From an uncultured beta proteobacterium (lineage in GTDB: Bacteria; Pseudomonadota; Gammaproteobacteria; Burkholderiales; SG8-39), in the NCBI GenBank assembly GCA_963716855.1, contig CAVQUV010000002.1, positions 170,758 to 234,757 on the forward strand: a stretch of DNA of 64,000 nucleotides. The letters are read 5' to 3'. The position numbers and the translations under genes were made by a program. Positions 30,973 through 39,026 of the stretch are shown in pieces. How positions within the stretch are numbered: the first letter of the stretch is position 1; each line of letters begins with the position of its first letter. Under the pieces are notes generated by a model. That model saw nothing but the letters and a program-made list of their open reading frames with translations. It was not told the DNA's origin and ran no database searches.

Positions 30973-31953
30973 ATGACAGCTCGGCCCAACAATCTTGTTC
31001 GCACCGCAGCCGCGCTTCTCGCCGTGGGATTCGCCGGCGTGGCGATGGCGCAGGACGTCAACGTGCGCTTCTCGTGGAAGCTCAAGGGCGAGTACGCGCC
31101 GCTGTACGTCGCGCAGGAGAAGGGCTACTACAAGCAGGAAGGCCTCAACGTGCGCCTCGGTGAGGGGGCCGGCGCGCAGGCCGCGCTCGGGGCGCTGCTG
31201 CAGGGGCAGGAGGATGCGGTGCTGCTGCCCGGGATCTTTGCGCTCACGGCGATCACCAAGGGCATGCCGGTCAAGCTCATCGCGCTCTATCACCCGCAGA
31301 CGCCGATGGCGATCATCTCGTACCCCGACAACCCGATCCGCACGCCCAAGGATCTCGAGGGCAAGACGATCCCGCACTCGGTCGGCGAGACGGCGACCTC
31401 GTACCTCGACGTGCTGTGCAAGCTGAACAACGTCGACTGCACGAAGATCAACAAGGTCCAGATGGCGCCGCAGGCGCGCGCCTCGCAGTTCGTCGCGCGC
31501 AAGGTCGACGGCCTCAGCGTCTACCAGACCAACGACCTGCCGCTGATCGAGGCGCAGCAGAAGGACGCGAACTTCGTGGTCCTCGACCTGCCGAAGCACG
31601 GCCTGCAGGTGCCCGGGATGGCGCTGGTGACGAGCGACAAGCTCATCGCCGAGAAGCCAGATGCGCTGAAGAAGCTTCTGCGCGCCACCGGTAAAGCGGT
31701 CGGCGATGCGCAGAAGGACCCGACGGACGCGGCGCGCATGATGCTCAAGAACTGGTCGGGCGGTCCCGCCGAGACGATCGTGATCAAGCAGGTCAAGGCG
31801 ACGGTGGACGCGATCCCCGCCAGCGGCGGGCGGCCGGTCGGCTGGATCGACGAGAAGGTGATCGCCGCGGCGCTCGAGATCCTGCAGAACGCGAAAGAGA
31901 TCGACGCGCCCAAGCCGCTGAATACCTACTACACGAACGCGCTGCTGCAGTAA
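30973..31953 (+). CDS. ABC transporter periplasmic substrate-binding protein, NMT1/COG0715 type, copy 2
   Basis: ATG 30973 follows the RBS GGGAGGA. It has a signal peptide (LLAVGFAGVAMAQD) and the hallmark WKLKGEYAPLYVAQEKGYYKQEGLNV. Confidence 0.85.
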   Translation: MTARPNNLVRTAAALLAVGFAGVAMAQDVNVRFSWKLKGEYAPLYVAQEKGYYKQEGLNVRLGEGAGAQAALGALLQGQEDAVLLPGIFALTAITKGMPVKLIALYHPQTPMAIISYPDNPIRTPKDLEGKTIPHSVGETATSYLDVLCKLNNVDCTKINKVQMAPQARASQFVARKVDGLSVYQTNDLPLIEAQQKDANFVVLDLPKHGLQVPGMALVTSDKLIAEKPDALKKLLRATGKAVGDAQKDPTDAARMMLKNWSGGPAETIVIKQVKATVDAIPASGGRPVGWIDEKVIAAALEILQNAKEIDAPKPLNTYYTNALLQ

Positions 31954-31975
31954 GCGCCCCCGAACCTTCGCGAGA

Positions 31976-32005
31976 CGAGCCGCCACCCGCGGCTCGTTTT
32001 CGTTT
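31976..32005 (+). terminator. Intrinsic terminator/attenuator between the binding-protein and permease genes
   Basis: An 8-bp GC stem CGAGCCGC/GCGGCTCG (31976-31983 and 31989-31996) with a 5-nt loop, followed by TTTTCGTTT. The permease ATG is at 32008. Confidence 0.55.
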
Positions 32006-32007
32006 AG

Positions 32008-32790
32008 ATGACGCCACGGAACCGACGTAAGCTGAAGCGCGCCGTGCTCGAGCGGCTTGCCGCGCCGGTGCTCGCGGTCGTCGTGCTGCTCGTGTGGCAG
32101 GGCGCCGTCTCGGTTCTCGGCATCTCGGAATTCATCCTGCCCTCGCCCTGGGCGATCCTCAAACGGATCTACAGCGACTTCGCGCTGCTCTTCGCGCACA
32201 CCCGCGTCACGATGCTCGAAGTGGTCGGCGGGTTCGGGCTCGCCGCGCTGACGGGCGTTCCCTTCGCGCTCGCGATCTTCTATTCGCGCCTCGTCGAGAA
32301 GGCGATCTACCCGCTGCTGGTCGGGCTGCAGACGATCCCGAAGGTGGCGCTCGCGCCGCTGCTGGTGCTCTACCTCGGGTACGGCTGGGCGCCCAAGATC
32401 TTCCTCGCGTTCCTGATCTCGTTCTTCCCGATCGTCATCTCGACCGTGGTCGGCCTGCAATCGCTCGACAAGAGCCTCGTGTATCTGGTGCGCTCCATGG
32501 GCGCGAGCGAACGGCAGACCTTCTGGAAGATCCGCCTGCCGGCCGCGCTGCCGAGCGTGTTCGGCGGCTTCAAGGTCGGGATTGCGCTCGCCGTGATCGG
32601 AGCGGTGATCGGCGAGTACGTCGCCTCCGAGCGCGGGCTGGGCTACCTGCAGATGCAGGCCACCTCGCAGTTCGACACCACGCTCAACTTCGCCTCGGTC
32701 GTCGTGATCTCGCTCGTCGGCGTCGTGCTGTACTTCGTGCTCGCGGCGTTCGAGGCGCGGCTCGTATTCCAGCGCGACCACGCGCGCTAG
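32008..32790 (+). CDS. ABC transporter permease, copy 2
   Basis: 260 aa with ~6 TM helices and the EAA-like loop SERQTFWKIRLPAALPSVFGGFK. Paralogous to 19593..20378. Confidence 0.9.
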   Translation: MTPRNRRKLKRAVLERLAAPVLAVVVLLVWQGAVSVLGISEFILPSPWAILKRIYSDFALLFAHTRVTMLEVVGGFGLAALTGVPFALAIFYSRLVEKAIYPLLVGLQTIPKVALAPLLVLYLGYGWAPKIFLAFLISFFPIVISTVVGLQSLDKSLVYLVRSMGASERQTFWKIRLPAALPSVFGGFKVGIALAVIGAVIGEYVASERGLGYLQMQATSQFDTTLNFASVVVISLVGVVLYFVLAAFEARLVFQRDHAR

Positions 32791-32804
32791 GCGAGGGCGT
32801 GCGC

Positions 32805-33593
32805 ATGAGCTCACATGGGGTGGCGCTGCGGATCGAGGGCGTCACCAAGATCTACGAAACGCGCGAGGGCGACCCGCTTCCGGCGCTCGATCCGACCGAT
32901 TTCGAGGTCGCGCCGGGGGAGTTCGTCGCGGTCGTCGGCCCGAGCGGCTGCGGCAAGAGCACGCTGCTGTCGCTCGTCGCCGCGCTCTTCCCGGTTTCCG
33001 CCGGACGCATCCTGATCGACGACGAGGAAGTGAAGCGGCCTCACCCGAAGGTCGGCGTAGTGTTCCAGACCGACCTGCTGCTCTACTGGCGCACCGTCCT
33101 CGACAACCTGCTGCTGCCGGCGGAGATCAAGGGTTGGGAGCGGCGCAAGTACGCCGCGCGCGCGGACGCGCTCCTCGAGCAGGTCGGGCTCGCCGGGTTC
33201 GGGCAGAAGTACCCGTCGGAGCTCTCGGGCGGCATGAAGCAGCGCGTGGCGCTCGCCCGCGCGCTGATCCAGGAGCCGGGGCTCCTGTTGATGGACGAGC
33301 CGTTCGGCGCGCTCGACGCGCTCACGCGCGAGCAGATGATCATGGACCTGCAGGCGATGTGGCTCGACGTGCGCAACACGGTGGTCTTCATCACCCACGA
33401 CATCGCGGAAGCGGTGTTCCTCGCGGACCGCGTGCTCGTGATGTCCCCGCGGCCGGGCCGGATCGACCTCGATCTGCGGATCGACCTGCCGCGCCCGCGG
33501 CGCTCGCATATCCATGCGGAGCCGGGGTTTCTCGAGTTGACGGGGCGCATCCGCGCGGAGTTCGAAAAGCGCGGCGTGCTGCGGGAGCGCTAG
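32805..33593 (+). CDS. ABC transporter ATP-binding protein, copy 2
   Basis: MSSHGVALRIEGVTKIY... with Walker A GPSGCGKST, signature LSGGMKQRV and Walker B LLLMDEPFGALD. It is the C-terminal part of ORF 32094..33593. Confidence 0.9.
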   Translation: MSSHGVALRIEGVTKIYETREGDPLPALDPTDFEVAPGEFVAVVGPSGCGKSTLLSLVAALFPVSAGRILIDDEEVKRPHPKVGVVFQTDLLLYWRTVLDNLLLPAEIKGWERRKYAARADALLEQVGLAGFGQKYPSELSGGMKQRVALARALIQEPGLLLMDEPFGALDALTREQMIMDLQAMWLDVRNTVVFITHDIAEAVFLADRVLVMSPRPGRIDLDLRIDLPRPRRSHIHAEPGFLELTGRIRAEFEKRGVLRER

Positions 33594-33663
33594 CTGATCC
33601 AGACCCGACGAGCGAGGCGAAGGCGATACGGTCGAGCGCGGACGAGCAGGCCGGACGACTGTT

Positions 33664-35364
33664 CTACCGGGCGACGCGCTGATCGAACAAGTACGTCGGC
33701 GCCGCCATGACCCCATTGCGACCAGCCTGCTTGGCCGCGTAGAGCGCGCGATCGGCGCGCTCGAGCAGTTCTTGGGATGTGTGGTTCGGCCCGGCCACCC
33801 GGTGCGCCACACCGATGCTCGAAGTGACCCGTCCGAACGGAGAGGCGCCGTGCGGGATATCCAGCGCACCGATTGCTGCCAGCACGCGCCGGGCAACGTC
33901 GAGCGCGCCGTCCGTGTTGGTGTCCGGCAGCAGGACCACGAATTCGTCGCCGCCATAGCGCGCGGCGAGGTCTGCCGGGCGCTGCAGCGATTGGCCGACT
34001 GCCTTGCCGACGGCGGCAAGGCAGGCATCGCCGGCGCGATGCCCATGGTAATCGTTGTAGGACTTGAAGTAGTCGACATCGATGAACAGCACCGTCAGCG
34101 GCCTGTGGTTCCGATGCGCGCGCTCCCACTCCGTGGAGCAAACGACGTCAAAGTGGCGGCGGTTATGGAGACCGGTGAGCGGGTCGGTGATGGTGAGCGC
34201 ACGTAGTTCGTCCTGTAGGCGCCGGTTCTCTTCCAGTTGCTGACGCAGGCGCCAATTGAAGCGATAGAAGCGACGTGCGATCCAGATGACCACCGCCAAG
34301 ATGAGGGCGCCGGCTGCAAGCACCCACAGCAGCCAGCGCAAGTCAGTCGGCCGCGGGGGATGGTAGATCAGTCCGCGGATGTCGATGTCGGCGCCTCCCG
34401 GTGCAAGGCCGAGTTCGCGGTACACGTCAAAGATGTGCTGCCAGCGGCCGACGTGCGTGTGGCCGAGCTCTACAAGATCCGAGCGCACCAGTGGCATCAT
34501 GCGTTCGGCCTCAAAGCGCAGTTTTTCCACGGGAAGGTCGGGCGCGTACTTCGCGTGAATGAGTGCAGAGATCTCCTCCTGATGCGCGAGAGCGTACTCC
34601 CAGCCGCGCAGACTCGCCGCGCGGAATGCCTCCGCCCATTCCGGGTGCCTCGTCACCATTGCACGGGTGGTGAACAGCGTGTCGCCGTAAAAGTCCACGC
34701 CGCTGGAACGGGGTGTGAACTGGCGGTATTGCCCACCCGATTGCTGCAGGTAGTAGCTCTCGTCGGTCTCGTAGCCCGCGAGCGCGTCGACGCGCCCCTG
34801 CACTAGGGTGTCCACGCTGTAGTCATGCTGCACGAGTTGCAGTCGGTCGAGCGGCACCCGCTCACGCTGCAGGTAGGCGAAAATTTCGGTTTCCCACGGC
34901 GCGAGCGCCACCTTGTGGCCCGCGAGGTCATGCACGGTATCGATGCCAGCGTCGCGGCGCACAAACAAAGTGAGTGGCGAGTGCTGGAAGATGGAGGCAA
35001 GCACGACAACCGGGTCGCCTCTGGCGTAGCGCAACACCAGTTCCGAGGACGCGACGCCGAATTCGGCACCGCCCTTCAGCACCGTCTCGACAGGATCGGT
35101 ACCGGGAGTTGCCGGGATGATCGTCACGTCGAAACCGGCCTCACGGTAATAGCCCTTCTCGAGTGCCGTGTAGAAGCCGGCAAACTGGAATTGGTGACGC
35201 CACTTGAGCTGCAGGCGCACCGGGGTAGCGTTGCCGGAAAACGTCTCGGACGCACAGACGGTGGGCGTGACCACGAGGAAAAGGATGGCGGACATGACAA
35301 CGGCCAGTTCGGTACGCCACATCGCCAGACTGGTCGTTGTTGGTCGGGTATGTCCGTCGCTCAT
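33664..35364 (-). CDS. Membrane diguanylate cyclase (GGDEF) with a periplasmic NMT1/COG0715-type sensor domain
   Basis: 566 aa. The N-terminal TM is followed by a periplasmic domain (LQLKWRHQFQFAGFYTALEKGYYREAGFDV), a second TM, a coiled coil and a GGDEF domain (RYGGDEFVVLL, RxxD-type I-site region). Confidence 0.85.
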   Translation of the reverse strand: MSDGHTRPTTTSLAMWRTELAVVMSAILFLVVTPTVCASETFSGNATPVRLQLKWRHQFQFAGFYTALEKGYYREAGFDVTIIPATPGTDPVETVLKGGAEFGVASSELVLRYARGDPVVVLASIFQHSPLTLFVRRDAGIDTVHDLAGHKVALAPWETEIFAYLQRERVPLDRLQLVQHDYSVDTLVQGRVDALAGYETDESYYLQQSGGQYRQFTPRSSGVDFYGDTLFTTRAMVTRHPEWAEAFRAASLRGWEYALAHQEEISALIHAKYAPDLPVEKLRFEAERMMPLVRSDLVELGHTHVGRWQHIFDVYRELGLAPGGADIDIRGLIYHPPRPTDLRWLLWVLAAGALILAVVIWIARRFYRFNWRLRQQLEENRRLQDELRALTITDPLTGLHNRRHFDVVCSTEWERAHRNHRPLTVLFIDVDYFKSYNDYHGHRAGDACLAAVGKAVGQSLQRPADLAARYGGDEFVVLLPDTNTDGALDVARRVLAAIGALDIPHGASPFGRVTSSIGVAHRVAGPNHTSQELLERADRALYAAKQAGRNGVMAAPTYLFDQRVAR

Positions 35365-35560
35365 GCGGATCGTCCTTTTCCGGTCAGGCGTATTGTAGTC
35401 TGGGTGAGCGATCGGCTTTTCATCAGGTCAACGAGGGCGCGTGGTCCGAGGCGATCTTGCGAGACCGTCAGCTCAGCCGGCTCAGATGCCGTCCGTACGA
35501 TCTCGAATCGTCGGACCAACAGGCGCGACCAACCGTTGTTGGACCTAGGTGGAGGGACGG

Positions 35561-36214
35561 ATGAAACAGTTCAGTGGCGTTTGCACGGCGGTCGTGATCG
35601 ACAACGTTGATCCCGACAACAGTGGACGTGTGAAAGTGCGGCTCGGACCGCTAAGCGGGGCAGGCGAAAAGGGCTCCGAAGCGTGGGCTCGTATTGCCAC
35701 CCTGATGGCTGGCGACAACCGGGGAACCTGGTTCATCCCGGACGTGAAAGACGAAGTCCTGGTGGCCTTCGAAGCAGGCGATATGAGGAGGCCTTACGTC
35801 ATTGGGGCGCTGTGGAGCGGCACCAACTCGCCGCCGGAGACGATGGACGCCGACAACACCAAGAAACTCTTGCGTTCCCGAAGCGGTGTGACGATCACTT
35901 TGGACGATCAGAGCGGCCAGGAGAGTTTTCTCGTCGAGACGCCAGGTGGCCAGAGGTTGATGCTCAAGGATGGTCCCGGCGCAGTCGAGATCACTGACAG
36001 CAGCGGCAATGCCGTGAAACTCGAGACCTCCGGCGTCACCGTGACCGCCTCGGCAAAAGTTACCATCAACGCCAGCACGGTTCAGGTCAATGCGAGCATG
36101 TGCAGTGTGAACGCCGGAATGTCGAAATTCAGCGGGGTGGTGCAGTGCGACACGCTCATCAGCAATAGCGTCGTCAGCGCGAGCTACAGCCCTGGTGCGG
36201 GGAATATCTGGTGA
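35561..36214 (+). CDS. Phage baseplate assembly protein V / gp5-like OB-fold spike protein (orphan)
   Basis: ATG 35561 follows the RBS GGAGGG. The OB-fold signature is GVCTAVVIDNVDPDNSGRVKVRL...SEAWARIATLMAGDNRGTWFIPDVKDEVLVAFEAGDMRRPYVIGALW. A beta-helical repeat tail follows (VTITLDD, LMLKD, VEITD, VKLE, VTVTA, VTINA, VQVNA). Confidence 0.75.
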   Translation: MKQFSGVCTAVVIDNVDPDNSGRVKVRLGPLSGAGEKGSEAWARIATLMAGDNRGTWFIPDVKDEVLVAFEAGDMRRPYVIGALWSGTNSPPETMDADNTKKLLRSRSGVTITLDDQSGQESFLVETPGGQRLMLKDGPGAVEITDSSGNAVKLETSGVTVTASAKVTINASTVQVNASMCSVNAGMSKFSGVVQCDTLISNSVVSASYSPGAGNIW

Positions 36215-36274
36215 CGACCGAGTCGGTCAGGTCGCCATTGCGAGAACTGGCGGTCCCACGGGATTGAGACGAGC

Positions 36275-37612
36275 CTAGTCGGACTTGAGATATTTCTCGA
36301 GATCCACCGGCGGATAGACGACCTTGACGTAGCGCTCGTGCCGCTCGCGCGTGAGCGTCGCATCGATAATCACCTTCGCCACTACGCCGTGCGCATCGGA
36401 CGACGGGTCGAGCTCGTTGCCATGCGCACCCGGAATCGGGATCACGTCCTCGTGCCAGCGCACGCGCGTCCCGAGCGCCCACATGACATCGGCGGGATCG
36501 TAAATGTCCACGTCGCCGTCGACGACGATCACCGTCTTGAAGTTGACGTGCGCCGCCATCGCGGCGAGCGCGACGTTGCGCGCCTCGCCGGGCTCGGGCT
36601 TGTTTAGGCTGATGATCGCGGTGAAGCCGGCGGCGTAGGGCGGAAGGTGCACGGCCTTGAGCCGCGGGGTGATGTGGCGCACGAACCGTGCGAGCAGCGG
36701 CTCGCGCGTGATCATGTTCCCGACGCTCACGTGCTCGTAGCCGCCGCCGTTCATCGTCTGGAAGATCGGCTTCGCGCGGTGGGTGATGCGGGTGATGCGC
36801 GCGACGTGCTTGGGATCCTTGCCCGAGTAGTGGCCGGTGAACTCGGCCATCGGGCCCTCCATCTCCCGCACGCCGGCGAGGACCTCGCCTTCCAGGACGA
36901 TCTCGGCGGAGGCCGGCACCAGCACGTCGCACGTCAGCGCGCGCACGACGGGGATCGGCGCGCCGCGGAGCGCACCGGCCACCTCGTACTCGTCGCCGTC
37001 GTAGCGGAACGCGGCGGCCATCATGACGACCGGGTCCGGACCGATCGCCACGCAGAAGGGCAGGTTCTGTCCCTGCGGCTCGATCTTGTCGAAGAACGCC
37101 TTGATGTGGCGCCAGATGTTCATGCTGATGCCGGCGCGATCGGCGCCGAAGATCTGCATGCGGTTGTAGGACAGGTTGTGACGGCGGGTCTGCGGGTCGC
37201 GCGCGATCACCACCCCTGCGGTGATGAAGGCGCCCGCGTCGAGCGGTGAATGCGTCGGAATCGGCCAGCGCCCGAGATCGGGCTTGTCGATCACGATCTC
37301 CTGGCAGGGCGCGGGGCCGTCGACGACCCGCGCGGCGATCGGCTTTTCCGTCGCGGCCGCCATCCGCCCGCCGACCTCCGCCACCTCGCAGCCGAGAGCG
37401 AGCGCGATGCGGCGCGGCGAGCTCAGGAGACCGCCCACGACCGGCACGTCGAAGCCTTTCACCGCATGGAAGAACGCGGCCTTGTCGGCGCGCTCGCACG
37501 CCTTGAGCACGGCACCGAGCTCGCGCACCGGATCGACCGCGCGGCGGATCTCGTGCAGCTCGCCCGCCTTGCGGACGACGTCAAGGTAGCTGCGGAGATC
37601 GTGAACGTTCAT
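36275..37612 (-). CDS. UbiD-family (prFMN-dependent) decarboxylase/carboxylase, subunit or paralog 2
   Basis: Starts at MNVHDLRSYLDVV (Met58 of ORF 36275..37783), 4 nt after the upstream UbiD stop. UbiD hallmarks are NLSYNRMQI and EGPMAEFTGHYSG. Confidence 0.85.
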   Translation of the reverse strand: MNVHDLRSYLDVVRKAGELHEIRRAVDPVRELGAVLKACERADKAAFFHAVKGFDVPVVGGLLSSPRRIALALGCEVAEVGGRMAAATEKPIAARVVDGPAPCQEIVIDKPDLGRWPIPTHSPLDAGAFITAGVVIARDPQTRRHNLSYNRMQIFGADRAGISMNIWRHIKAFFDKIEPQGQNLPFCVAIGPDPVVMMAAAFRYDGDEYEVAGALRGAPIPVVRALTCDVLVPASAEIVLEGEVLAGVREMEGPMAEFTGHYSGKDPKHVARITRITHRAKPIFQTMNGGGYEHVSVGNMITREPLLARFVRHITPRLKAVHLPPYAAGFTAIISLNKPEPGEARNVALAAMAAHVNFKTVIVVDGDVDIYDPADVMWALGTRVRWHEDVIPIPGAHGNELDPSSDAHGVVAKVIIDATLTRERHERYVKVVYPPVDLEKYLKSD

Positions 37613-37616
37613 CGGG

Positions 37617-38999
37617 CTAACGGCGCGTGCGCGCCAGGATCTCTGCGGCGCGCGCGAAGGCCCGCTCCGACACCTTTGCCCGGACGCCCTCGAAGCCGGG
37701 CCCGCGCGTGGCGTCGAGGCCCATTCGGGAGGTCGTGCCGACTCCCGACGCGGAGGGATCGAGCGCGCTGCCCGGCAGGCCATCGACGATCAGCACGTCG
37801 CGGTGCGGTTGGAAGTGCGTCGCAAGCGCCCACAGCACCTCCGAGTCGTCGGTGATGTCGACATCGGGATCGACCGCGATCACGGTCTTGAGGTAGGGAT
37901 CCCAGCCGAGGAGCCCGAGCATCACCTGGCGCGCCTCGCCGGGACGCAGCTGGCGCAGCGCGACGTACGCGTGGAAGTGGGTGCCCGAGGTCGGATAGTG
38001 GACCGCGGTGACGCTCGGAAAGCGCTCCTTCAGCTTCTCGGCCATCTCGGATTCGCGCGGGACGCGGCCGAGGTTGAGGTGCTCGGCGGAGTTCCCTCCC
38101 GCGACGTCGACCAGCCACGCGTCGCGCCGCCGCAGGATCGCCTCGACCTTGAAGAGATTGTTGGTCGACCGGTTCGACGAGTAGCCGGTGAACTCGCCGA
38201 ACGGGCCTTCCTCCGCCTGCGCCGCCGGGTCGATCGTGCCTTCGAGCACGATCTCGGCCGCGGCGGGTACCGCGATCCCGTGCACCGGCGTGCGGATCGT
38301 TTCGAGCGGCGCCCCGATGAGCCCGCCGGCGACGCGGCGCTCGTCCACGCCGAATCCGACGCGCGCGGAGGCGGCGAGCATGAACAGCGGATGCGCGCCG
38401 ATGACCATCGCGACGGGCATCGGACGGCCGCGCTCCGCATATATGTGCAGCAGGCGCCAGAGGTGGCCGCGGGAATGCAGGCTGGTCGCGAGCTCGGTCG
38501 GCGAGTGCAGCATCGCGCGGTGGTAGCTCAGGTTGCCCGCGCCGGTGTCCGGATGCTCCGCGACGACGATGCCGCTCGTCACGTACGGCGCGCGGTCCGT
38601 TTCGAAGTGCTTGAGCAGCGGCAGCGTCGCCAGGTCGATCGCGCGCGTCTCGACCGTGTCCAGAACGGGACCCGATTCGAGGACGCGGAAGTCGCAGGCC
38701 GCATGCGAGCGCGCCTGGTAGGCCTCGTGCAGCCGCGCGGGATCCGCGCCGAGCAGCCTTGCAATGCGCGTGCGCGAGCCGAAGACGTTCGTGGCGACCC
38801 GCGTGCCGATGCCGGTCACGCGCTCGAATACGAGCAGGGGGTCGCGTCCCGCGGCGACAAGCTGCCACAGCACCGCCGTGACGTCCTGGTCCGCGGAGAC
38901 CTCGTCGGCGATGACGAGGACGTCGTCCGGATGCGCCGCGCGATAGTCCGCGAGGAAGCTATGGAAGTCCTGCGCGCCGGGCTGTGGCGGATGCGTCAT
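37617..38999 (-). CDS. UbiD-family (prFMN-dependent) decarboxylase/carboxylase, subunit or paralog 1
   Basis: 460 aa with NLSYHRAML and EEGPFGEFTGYSS motifs. Only distantly similar to the downstream UbiD copy. Confidence 0.85.
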   Translation of the reverse strand: MTHPPQPGAQDFHSFLADYRAAHPDDVLVIADEVSADQDVTAVLWQLVAAGRDPLLVFERVTGIGTRVATNVFGSRTRIARLLGADPARLHEAYQARSHAACDFRVLESGPVLDTVETRAIDLATLPLLKHFETDRAPYVTSGIVVAEHPDTGAGNLSYHRAMLHSPTELATSLHSRGHLWRLLHIYAERGRPMPVAMVIGAHPLFMLAASARVGFGVDERRVAGGLIGAPLETIRTPVHGIAVPAAAEIVLEGTIDPAAQAEEGPFGEFTGYSSNRSTNNLFKVEAILRRRDAWLVDVAGGNSAEHLNLGRVPRESEMAEKLKERFPSVTAVHYPTSGTHFHAYVALRQLRPGEARQVMLGLLGWDPYLKTVIAVDPDVDITDDSEVLWALATHFQPHRDVLIVDGLPGSALDPSASGVGTTSRMGLDATRGPGFEGVRAKVSERAFARAAEILARTRR

Positions 39000-39026
39000 A
39001 TCGCTCGTCGCCCGGCGCCGCGCGGA

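Noticed and set aside
35561-36214. T6SS VgrG, or evidence for a resident prophage.
   Set aside because: At 217 aa it is far too short for VgrG, lacking the gp27-like and full gp5 needle domains. No other T6SS or phage genes occur in the window. It is reported only as an orphan gpV/gp5-like spike.
36275-37783. A longer 502-aa form of the second UbiD gene, and the long N-terminal extensions of ORFs 17522.., 30472.., 32094.., 41034.. and 47572...
   Set aside because: The extensions overlap upstream genes or intergenic DNA and are Arg/Pro/Ala-rich. Internal starts with an RBS, a signal peptide or start/stop coupling match family N-termini.
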